From the IMG/VR virus record IMGVR_UViG_3300010352_000823: a stretch of 42,656 nt of DNA; one strand, 5' to 3'. Below are positions 17,134 through 23,534 of the stretch, piece after piece. How positions within the stretch are numbered: position 1 is the stretch's first letter; every line of letters begins with the position of its first letter. Source of the stretch: a virus. The position numbers and the translations under genes are program-made. Below the pieces are notes generated by a model. The model did no database searches and was not told where the DNA came from. It saw nothing but the letters and a program-made list of their open reading frames with translations.

Positions 17134-17205
17134 ATGAATAACGAAATAAAACCACCATATCAAATAAGAAAAGACTTAAATGGTAGAAAACAAAAGGACT
17201 TATAA
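17134..17205 (+). CDS. Possible 23-aa micro-ORF (MNNEIKPPYQIRKDLNGRKQKDL)
   Basis: AAAGGAATAAGAT-ATG upstream and a TAATG overlap with the next ORF. Below the ORF-track size cutoff. Confidence 0.3.
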   Translation: MNNEIKPPYQIRKDLNGRKQKDL

Positions 17206-17507
17206 TGAATAATGAATTGGCAGTAGGTTATTCGTTTTTATCGGTTGAAACAAAAAGACAGATTCGTGCTGATTATTGGGGAAATATCTTAACTTATTTT
17301 GGTGCAGTTGAAATCGAAAAAGATGTTTATAGACTTGGAAGATATACATATTGGGCAAACAAAGCAAGTTGTAAATGTGATGATGAACCATCAAAAACTG
17401 GTATTCATTGGGGTTTGTGGCGACAAGGTAAATTTGATTTAATGCCAGCAGGTAAATGTAAAACTTGTTGGAGAAAAGCTTATCGTAAATACTGTAAACT
17501 ATGGTGA
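17205..17507 (+). CDS. Hypothetical Cys-rich protein
   Basis: 100-aa ORF coupled to the upstream ORF. The antisense 107-aa ORF has no SD. Confidence 0.6.
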   Translation: MNNELAVGYSFLSVETKRQIRADYWGNILTYFGAVEIEKDVYRLGRYTYWANKASCKCDDEPSKTGIHWGLWRQGKFDLMPAGKCKTCWRKAYRKYCKLW

Positions 17508-17543
17508 AGGATAACCCGCACAACTACTGAAAAGGAATAAGAT

Positions 17544-17942
17544 ATGAATAATGATAGATTTAAGTTTCGTGGTAGGCTTTGTCATAATAACGAATGGGTT
17601 TATGGAAATCTTATTATAGCAAATGATGGACAACCTTATATTTTGCCACAGGACATAATACAACCAGATGGGCATCATTTAATGATTGATTCTGATAATG
17701 CTTTTTGGGTTAAACCAGAAACAATTGGTCAATGCACAGGCTTAAAAGATAAAAACGGAAAGTTGATATATGAAGGGGATATTTGTTTATTTAATCGTCC
17801 TGGTTATAACCAAGACAAAGGAACTATTATTTTTAATAAGAAAAAAGCGTGTTTTGAATTTAACCAACATTGGAACGGTAATGTAAAATTAGCTGGTAAA
17901 AATATTGAAATCATCGGCAACATCCACGAAGCAAAGGAATAA
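17544..17942 (+). CDS. YopX-family protein
   Basis: FKFRG...ETIGQCTGLKDKNGKLIYEGDI is the YopX signature. Confidence 0.8.
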   Translation: MNNDRFKFRGRLCHNNEWVYGNLIIANDGQPYILPQDIIQPDGHHLMIDSDNAFWVKPETIGQCTGLKDKNGKLIYEGDICLFNRPGYNQDKGTIIFNKKKACFEFNQHWNGNVKLAGKNIEIIGNIHEAKE

Positions 17943-17946
17943 CACT

Positions 17947-18132
17947 ATGCCAGATATAACAATGTGTAAAAATGAATCTTGTCCATTAAAAATAAACTGT
18001 TATCGCTATATGGCAAAGCCAAATCCAGATAGACAAACATATGCTGATTTTGCATATACCATATTGCCTGATAGTATGGTGATTTGTGATAATCAAATGA
18101 AGCGCAAACCAGTCTTTGAAGCAAAGGAGTAA
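17947..18132 (+). CDS. Small Cys-rich protein (start refined)
   Basis: AAAGGAATAACACT-ATG; MPDITMCKNESCPLKINCYRY. Confidence 0.6.
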   Translation: MPDITMCKNESCPLKINCYRYMAKPNPDRQTYADFAYTILPDSMVICDNQMKRKPVFEAKE

Positions 18133-18136
18133 TAGA

Positions 18137-18394
18137 ATGAAAGATATGATAATTGAAATTAAAAAGACATCTATACGTTTGCCAGACAATATGTTTATAG
18201 ATACTTGTAAATTTTATAATGCCAAAATTCATAAAACTATATCTAATGAGTTTTGGAAAATAGAAGGTAAAGATTTAGATATTACATATATCCTAGGTGA
18301 AGCAGGACTACCAAATGGAGTTATACTTGGAAGAGATTTTAGAATAATTGATAGTGAATATATGAATAAAAAGAATAAAAATCATTATAAATAA
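18137..18394 (+). CDS. Hypothetical protein (start refined)
   Basis: AAAGGAGTAATAGA-ATG at 18137. Confidence 0.6.
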   Translation: MKDMIIEIKKTSIRLPDNMFIDTCKFYNAKIHKTISNEFWKIEGKDLDITYILGEAGLPNGVILGRDFRIIDSEYMNKKNKNHYK

Positions 18395-18433
18395 AAGAAC
18401 AACAGAACCTATTTAACTAAAAGGATTAGAGAT

Positions 18434-19108
18434 ATGAAACGAAAGGCCTTAATTTTATTTGCTGGAATTGGTGGATTTTGTCAGGATATTGATTGGACTG
18501 ATTGGGAAGTTACTGCCGTTGAATTTGATTCAGATATAGCAAAATGTTATCAAGACAGATTTCCAGCACATAAAGTTATTGTCGCAGACGCAATGACATA
18601 TATGTTAGACCATTATAAGGAATTTGATTTTATACAGACAAGCCCACCTTGTCAATCTCACTCACGATTAAGATATGGACTTGGTGTTTGTGGTGGTAAA
18701 TGCAAACCTGTATATTGTGACCCTATGCTTTGGCAATCTTTAATATTCCTTGAAACAGAATATCTACGTTGTCGGCCAGACGGTATATATCTTTGTGAAA
18801 ATGTGCAACCATATTATGATTCATTTATTAGATTTTTATCGAACAGACGTTTAACAATTGGAAGACACTTAGTCTGGACAAATGCAGAATTGTTAATATT
18901 TGACCCAAAACAAGCACCAAATACAAAAGGATTTTCTACCAAGTCAAAAACAGGGCGTATTCGAGGTATGAATCTTGAAAATATGAAAGAGCAAACTGGT
19001 ATTGATTTGTCTGCATACCCAAAAATTAAAAACAAACGACAAGTTTTACGGAATATGTTTGAACCAGAACTTGGTAAATTTATATTTGACGCAATTTATA
19101 ATAAATAA
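18434..19108 (+). CDS. Short DNA (cytosine-5)-methyltransferase-like protein
   Basis: Motif I LILFAGIGG, motif IV TSPPCQSHS, motif VI LCENV. Only 224 aa. Confidence 0.7.
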   Translation: MKRKALILFAGIGGFCQDIDWTDWEVTAVEFDSDIAKCYQDRFPAHKVIVADAMTYMLDHYKEFDFIQTSPPCQSHSRLRYGLGVCGGKCKPVYCDPMLWQSLIFLETEYLRCRPDGIYLCENVQPYYDSFIRFLSNRRLTIGRHLVWTNAELLIFDPKQAPNTKGFSTKSKTGRIRGMNLENMKEQTGIDLSAYPKIKNKRQVLRNMFEPELGKFIFDAIYNK

Positions 19109-19122
19109 AAAAAGGAATCAAA

Positions 19123-19428
19123 ATGAAAACAAATATTTGGAAAGATAATAAGACTTTGCCGGAGTTTGGTAGAGATGTTTTATTAAAGTTAAAATCAGAT
19201 TCTGGTTTTTATTATATTGTTTCAGATTTTGGTAATTTTAAGGTGTTCAATCCTATTGAATGGTGTTATCTTGACGACCTGCTAGCACAGTCCAGTAAGG
19301 TAGGAAGACTTGAAAAAGCTTTGGATATTGCAAAAGGATTTATAAACTATTGTGCTGATATGCGTGATATGGAATCTGCGAAGAAAATACGAGAAGAAAT
19401 AACCCAAGCCCTAGATAAAAAGGAATGA
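19123..19428 (+). CDS. Hypothetical protein (N-terminus DUF551-like)
   Basis: 101-aa ORF with AAAGGAATCAAA SD; NIWKDNKTLPEFGRDVLL. Confidence 0.6.
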   Translation: MKTNIWKDNKTLPEFGRDVLLKLKSDSGFYYIVSDFGNFKVFNPIEWCYLDDLLAQSSKVGRLEKALDIAKGFINYCADMRDMESAKKIREEITQALDKKE

Positions 19429-19430
19429 TC

Positions 19431-19913
19431 ATGAATAAATACTATGAAAAACATCGTGAAGTTATTTTACAACGCCGCCGCGATAGTCGCAGATTAAAAA
19501 CTGCATTTGAACCAAACAAACCATCTGGTCCAGAATACTGGTTAATTCCGGAATTTATTTATAATCCATTAAATCAAAAATATAAATTTGATTTTGATCC
19601 ATGCCCATATCCAAAACCAGCAGGATATAATTCATTATCCAGTGAAGTAAAATGGGGTAAAATGAATTGGGTTAATCCACCTTTCAAATTGCGTGATGCA
19701 CCTTATGGCGGGATAGCAAAGTTTGTTGATCGTGCGATTTTGGAAAAGAAAAAAGGAAACAAAAGTGTTTTTATCTTGCCATGCTCTGTTGGAATTGGTA
19801 AGTTAATTGCTGCGGGGGGGACAGTTATATCTGCGCAGCAGGTTAATTTCTTGGAAAAAAATACCAAGAAACCATCGCCAGCCAAATACTGGCAACTAAT
19901 CATAGAACTATAA
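19431..19913 (+). CDS. Small amino-DNA-methyltransferase (phage Dam-like, NPPF motif)
   Basis: FDFDPCPYPKPAGYN...KWGKMNWVNPPF fits the phage N6-adenine MTase pattern (DxDPC...W...NPP[YF]). Start moved to the ATG with proper SD spacing. Confidence 0.55.
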   Translation: MNKYYEKHREVILQRRRDSRRLKTAFEPNKPSGPEYWLIPEFIYNPLNQKYKFDFDPCPYPKPAGYNSLSSEVKWGKMNWVNPPFKLRDAPYGGIAKFVDRAILEKKKGNKSVFILPCSVGIGKLIAAGGTVISAQQVNFLEKNTKKPSPAKYWQLIIEL

Positions 19914-19927
19914 AAAGGAGTGAAACT

Positions 19928-20179
19928 ATGAAAGGACAAGAAAACCATGGTGCAATAGACGCGAGCCAGTTAGTTACCATAATTGAACGCGTAGAAAAAT
20001 TACAGGCGGACCAGGCTTCAATTACAGCCGATATTGCCGAGATATTTAGTGAAGCAAAATCGGCCGGATTTGATCCAAAGTATATCAAACAAATCATCAA
20101 ACTTCGTGCAAAAGACCCAGATGAACTTGACGAAGAGGATGAACTTCTCAAAATGTATAGATCTGCGGTTGGAATATAG
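19928..20179 (+). CDS. gapR: GapR-like nucleoid-associated protein (DUF2312)
   Basis: QLVTIIERVEKLQADQASITADIAEIFSEAKSAGFDPKYIKQIIKLRAKDPDELDEEDELLKMYRSAVG aligns along its length with Caulobacter GapR ([50 protein letters not shown]...). Confidence 0.85.
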   Translation: MKGQENHGAIDASQLVTIIERVEKLQADQASITADIAEIFSEAKSAGFDPKYIKQIIKLRAKDPDELDEEDELLKMYRSAVGI

Positions 20180-20188
20180 GAGGTTAAA

Positions 20189-20359
20189 ATGACAATACAT
20201 GCTCCTCAAATTGTGTATATAGTTATATTTATTATAAATATAATTATATCAGCAGCACGTGATGGGCAACCAAAAACAGGAAACCACAAATTCTCGATTG
20301 AATTTGTAGGACTTTTACTTGGATTTGGATTGCTTTACTGGGGCGGATTCTTTGGTTAA
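20189..20359 (+). CDS. Small two-TM membrane protein (56 aa, missing from the ORF track)
   Basis: TAGGAGGTTAAA-ATG. MTIHAPQIVYIVIFIINIIISAARDGQPKTGNHKFSIEFVGLLLGFGLLYWGGFFG. Confidence 0.6.
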   Translation: MTIHAPQIVYIVIFIINIIISAARDGQPKTGNHKFSIEFVGLLLGFGLLYWGGFFG

Positions 20360-20383
20360 ACAATAATACAGAAGAGAAAAAAA

Positions 20384-20596
20384 ATGTTTACACTTTCGGA
20401 TGTCAAAAATCGGTTGGAAAGGATTGGATTAAAATTCGACCCGAAAAATTATCGTATTAAAACTGTATCTGATTCAGACGAATCAGCATTAAAATATAAA
20501 GTTCAAGGACTTTGTATGAAAGGCTGGGTTTTAATTGATAAAGAACCAACCAAATCTAATAATGTTTATTCACAAAAAATAGCTAAAAGAGGTTAA
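20384..20596 (+). CDS. Hypothetical protein
   Basis: 70-aa ORF with GAAGAGAAAAAAA upstream. Confidence 0.55.
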   Translation: MFTLSDVKNRLERIGLKFDPKNYRIKTVSDSDESALKYKVQGLCMKGWVLIDKEPTKSNNVYSQKIAKRG

Positions 20597-20599
20597 AAA

Positions 20600-20824
20600 A
20601 TGGAAAAAGAAGAAACAAGCACTGGAACAATAACAATCACTATCAATCGCATTGGTAATGAATCATCGTTTTCAATGAATGTTGATAATATCTTGTTAAT
20701 TGATTTGATTGAATCTGCTCGACTTTTACTTAATGCATATTCAGAAAATGTGCATAAAAAGGAAGAAGATTCAAAGCCAGAATCATTACCGGCTGGTCCA
20801 GAAGAAAAAGAGCTAAGAGAATAA
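20600..20824 (+). CDS. Hypothetical acidic protein, last gene of the rightward arm
   Basis: 74-aa ORF with AGAGG SD, followed by a terminator. Confidence 0.6.
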   Translation: MEKEETSTGTITITINRIGNESSFSMNVDNILLIDLIESARLLLNAYSENVHKKEEDSKPESLPAGPEEKELRE

Positions 20825-20825
20825 T

Positions 20826-20860
20826 CAAAAACCCGCTTTTTACGCGGGTTTTATTTTTTA
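20826..20860. terminator. Bidirectional rho-independent terminator at the convergence of the two arms
   Basis: Stem acccgc/gcgggt (20831-36 and 20844-49) with a 7-nt loop, flanked by an A-run and a T-run, so both strands see a U-tail. Confidence 0.8.
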
Positions 20861-20906
20861 TGGGACAAATCTATCATTTTATTAAAATAACGCACAGAAA
20901 CTCAAA

Positions 20907-21485
20907 TTATGCGATTTTATCCGCATATTCTTTCAAATCCTGTAATCTTTTAGTCCAACCCTCACCAAATCTTTCCCATCCTGGCCTTGTTTTATAGTAT
21001 TCAAGTCTACTTACCAGTAATAAATCCGGATTCAAATCACAATCACGAACTGCTTTTACGGTCTGTGGACCGATAATACCATCTGGTTTACATCCGGCCC
21101 ATGATTGTAATATCTGTTTTCCTCTAATGGCTGGCATATTAACAACAGAATCGAATAAATAGATATCAATCGGACTGTTGAAAATATAACATCTGTGAGC
21201 TTCCCAGTATTCGTGTTGATAAATTTCGACTATTTCAGCCATTATATCGGCACGATTTTTTACAAATTCGGTTATTTCACGACTTAATGCAGAAGAACCG
21301 TAGACATTTCCTTTTTCTGTTCGTATTGGAAATTTCATATCAATTTCACGCCACAACATCATTTTTGGATGATTGACCCTACTTATTCCAAGGATTGTTT
21401 CACCGCCAGTATCTGACGCAATATAATTATATCCACCCTCAGCCTGGAATATCCATTTGAGGCACAAATCAAATCTTTTTGTCAT
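20907..21485 (-). CDS. Endolysin: GH108 N-acetylmuramidase with C-terminal PG_binding_3 domain
   Basis: LKWIFQAEGGYNYIASDTGGETILGIS (GH108 EGGY...D.GG.T..GI) and DGIIGPQTVKAV ... SRLEYY (PG_binding_3). Confidence 0.85.
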   Translation of the reverse strand: MTKRFDLCLKWIFQAEGGYNYIASDTGGETILGISRVNHPKMMLWREIDMKFPIRTEKGNVYGSSALSREITEFVKNRADIMAEIVEIYQHEYWEAHRCYIFNSPIDIYLFDSVVNMPAIRGKQILQSWAGCKPDGIIGPQTVKAVRDCDLNPDLLLVSRLEYYKTRPGWERFGEGWTKRLQDLKEYADKIA

Positions 21486-21741
21486 TTAATTCTCTCAGTT
21501 TTATACATTCTTGTTCATATTTATACCAATCCCGCAATTCATCAGATTGCATGGCATTGATAGTTTTTTCGTGAAAATACAATGGTTCACAATAATAATT
21601 ATTCTGCACGCTTGCGGTTTTTGAGCAACCAGTTACGAAGAGTAACGGTATCAGTATCCATAACTTGTTGTGTAATGTTTTGCGTAATCGTTTGGATAGT
21701 GTGATTTGCTTGTTGCTGTGCTTGCGAGTGTGACAATTCAC
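21469..21741 (-). CDS. Putative o-spanin (outer-membrane lipoprotein) overlapping the i-spanin gene; start codon uncertain (GTG 21741 proposed)
   Basis: Alternate frame of the i-spanin gene encodes KRLRKTLHNKLWILIPLLFVTGC-SKT (basic n-region, hydrophobic core, lipobox VTGC). There is no ATG between the upstream hydrophobic artefact and the lipobox. Confidence 0.45.
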   Translation of the reverse strand: MNCHTRKHSNKQITLSKRLRKTLHNKLWILIPLLFVTGCSKTASVQNNYYCEPLYFHEKTINAMQSDELRDWYKYEQECIKLRELNDKKI

Positions 21742-21844
21742 AATCCTTTTGCCCAGCTCTATAAATGCTGCGAACACCCAAATACCCAAGAAACAAAACA
21801 GAACCGATACAAACACCCCAAATAATCCATTTAACATTTTTCAT
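21599..21844 (-). CDS. Putative i-spanin (N-terminal TM plus coiled region)
   Basis: GGTGAGGGGG-ATG. MKNVKWIIWGVCIGSVLFLGYLGV TM segment followed by a Q-rich helical segment. Confidence 0.55.
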   Translation of the reverse strand: MKNVKWIIWGVCIGSVLFLGYLGVRSIYRAGQKDCELSHSQAQQQANHTIQTITQNITQQVMDTDTVTLRNWLLKNRKRAE

Positions 21845-21859
21845 CCCCCTCACCTTTTT

Positions 21860-21885
21860 TAGAATAAAAGCCCATTGCTGGGCTT
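21860..21885 (-). terminator. Hairpin aagccca-gcaa-tgggctt followed by TTATTCT on the minus strand
   Basis: 7-bp stem (21868-74 and 21879-85) with a 4-nt loop, immediately after the stop of the 59-aa ORF. Confidence 0.55.
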
Positions 21886-21889
21886 GATT

Positions 21890-22069
21890 TTATTTACAAA
21901 CACAAACAAGTTGATTTTTATGTGTCATGTTATACTTTGTAATGAACTCATTACAATGTGTTTTTGTTAAACCACCATCAGCTTCGGTGCGTGCGCCCCC
22001 ATGCCATGGGGTTAATTGCTGCACTGGTTGTCCAGCAATAGTAACAATAACTGCCAATTCACAAAACAT
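21890..22069 (-). CDS. Small Cys-containing protein of unknown function (59 aa, missing from the ORF track)
   Basis: AGGAGTGAAAA-ATG. MFCELAVIVTIAGQPVQQLTPWHGGARTEADGGLTKTHCNEFITKYNMTHKNQLVCVCK. Locally GC-rich. Confidence 0.55.
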   Translation of the reverse strand: MFCELAVIVTIAGQPVQQLTPWHGGARTEADGGLTKTHCNEFITKYNMTHKNQLVCVCK

Positions 22070-22100
22070 TTTTCACTCCTATTTTATGCATTACGGTTGC

Positions 22101-22128
22101 ATTATTACCGGATAGAATATACTATCAA
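22101..22128 (-). promoter_or_regulatory. Candidate promoter TTGATA-N16-AATAAT for the 59-aa ORF
   Basis: -35 at 22128-22123 (overlaps the stop of the upstream gene), -10 at 22106-22101. Confidence 0.4.
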
Positions 22129-22595
22129 TCTTTTATACAGAGATTATATTCTCTGCGTCTTCGATTTGTTAATTTCTCTTCGCTGTTTTTTATGCTATCA
22201 TATTTCAAAATTAAATTGCAATCAATTTTTCCATCAATCATAAATTTTTGTAATCCACCAATCCCAGAACCATAAATCAATGACGCCATTAAGATATAAT
22301 GGATAGTTGAGGTATTTTCTGGAATATAACGGAATACATTTTTTTGATTATAATTATGAAAAGCAATCTCGGCCAACATTTTTGAGGTATGCGCGCCTGG
22401 GTGGCTGGGTGTTGAATATCCTATACGCCAAACTCCATCCCCCTCTTTTTTTGCATGCCAAAGAAAACCCTCTTCGGATTTTATGAATTTGCTCGCGATT
22501 TGTTGTTTTTGAAAAGTTTCTGGTTTAATCCTAGCAGGGTGATCTTCACAGCCGATTAAGGCCAAAGATGCCAAAACCAGTATTATTCTTAAAAT
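22125..22595 (-). CDS. GH24 (T4-lysozyme-like) muramidase homolog with a lipoprotein signal; proposed non-canonical ATT start
   Basis: SEEGFLWHAKKEGDGVWRIGYS parallels T4L [21 protein letters not shown]. The frame is open upstream of the ORF-track TTG and encodes (I)LRIILVLASLALIGC, with lipobox LIGC. Confidence 0.55.
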   Translation of the reverse strand: MLRIILVLASLALIGCEDHPARIKPETFQKQQIASKFIKSEEGFLWHAKKEGDGVWRIGYSTPSHPGAHTSKMLAEIAFHNYNQKNVFRYIPENTSTIHYILMASLIYGSGIGGLQKFMIDGKIDCNLILKYDSIKNSEEKLTNRRRREYNLCIKD

Positions 22596-22621
22596 ATCTC
22601 AAACTCTCGGTTATGTTAACT

Positions 22622-22879
22622 TTATTGACATTCTTTTACAGAATCATCATTAGTTTCTGTAACTTCCCATCCATTACCCTTGAATTTTAACACAAATTTT
22701 TTCAAAATCCACTTAATTCCATCAGAAACTTTTTGATAAAATACACCGGCCAGGATTCCAGCAATTAAACCCAAATAAATCCAGTAATTAAACTCTTTTT
22801 TTGATAATATACAAAGAATCAATCCTGCCATAAATCCAACAATAAGAATAACTTGCAAAATTCTATCAATTATATTCAT
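22622..22879 (-). CDS. Putative class II holin
   Basis: 85 aa with two TM segments (ILQVILIVGFMAGLILCIL and YWIYLGLIAGILAGVFY) and a charged C-terminus, directly upstream of a muramidase gene. Confidence 0.55.
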   Translation of the reverse strand: MNIIDRILQVILIVGFMAGLILCILSKKEFNYWIYLGLIAGILAGVFYQKVSDGIKWILKKFVLKFKGNGWEVTETNDDSVKECQ

Positions 22880-23166
22880 CTTTTTCTTCCTTTTTTTGTT
22901 TTAATTTCACAATGTTTTTCAACCCAATTTTTATGAATACCGTCAAGATAAGAATTTCCACCCATCGCTTTATATTCATCATACAGACCTTGAATATAAA
23001 TAGTTTGTGTAGGGTCAATATGCACAATCATCATATATTCTGTGCGTTTCTGACTTAATTTTGAATCTTTTATTTCTGATTCAAGCTTGGCGAATCTTTG
23101 ATCGTTTCTCTGCCAACGCAAAAAATATCCTTTAATAAAATTAAAGGCATCAATAAATTTCATCAT
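22876..23166 (-). CDS. Hypothetical protein
   Basis: 96-aa ORF with a 4-nt overlap with the holin start. Confidence 0.6.
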   Translation of the reverse strand: MMKFIDAFNFIKGYFLRWQRNDQRFAKLESEIKDSKLSQKRTEYMMIVHIDPTQTIYIQGLYDEYKAMGGNSYLDGIHKNWVEKHCEIKTKKGRKR

Positions 23167-23177
23167 TCTACACTCTC

Positions 23178-23531
23178 TTATCTGCTTTTTACACAGTATT
23201 CTTCAAATTTTCTCGCGACACAATGTTCGCAAGGGTTAATTTTATAAGTTTTCCAATTTTCCAACGCGTCTTTTAAGAATCGTCTGTTGCTATATTTCAT
23301 ACGATAATGTTTTATAGCATATAAAGTCAATTCGTATTTTCTATCTTCCCATTCACAAGGTCTAAGATTACCTTTAACATTATTCAAAATCTTACAGGCA
23401 ATAACTATATTTTCTCTTATATTATAAATCCTAGGAGGCAATAAACTTTTTGGATAATAATGTTCCACAGATTTTTTTCCATCTGGTATTTCAAGCCCCG
23501 ATAAAAAACATTTTTCTATCTCTTCTTGCAT
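23178..23531 (-). CDS. HNH endonuclease
   Basis: CFLSG...SVEHYYPKS...NIVIACKILNNVKGN plus C-terminal CEHC. Confidence 0.65.
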   Translation of the reverse strand: MQEEIEKCFLSGLEIPDGKKSVEHYYPKSLLPPRIYNIRENIVIACKILNNVKGNLRPCEWEDRKYELTLYAIKHYRMKYSNRRFLKDALENWKTYKINPCEHCVARKFEEYCVKSR

Positions 23532-23534
23532 TTA

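Noticed and set aside
17200-17523. 107-aa minus-strand ORF antisense to 17205-17507
   Set aside because: The plus-strand ORF is translationally coupled to its neighbours and fits the strand organisation. The minus ORF has no SD and would be the only leftward gene in the rightward arm.
19900-20151. 83-aa minus-strand ORF with a poly-Ser run
   Set aside because: Antisense to the strongly supported gapR homolog. The poly-Ser run is the mirror of the acidic DELDEEDE codons.
21742-21837. N-terminal 32 codons of the 122-aa ORF-track protein (a second TM-like segment upstream of the lipobox)
   Set aside because: This is the +1 reading of the U-rich codons for the i-spanin TM helix, starting 7 nt after the i-spanin ATG. 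It is more parsimonious as a frame artefact, with the o-spanin initiating further downstream. Not fully excluded.
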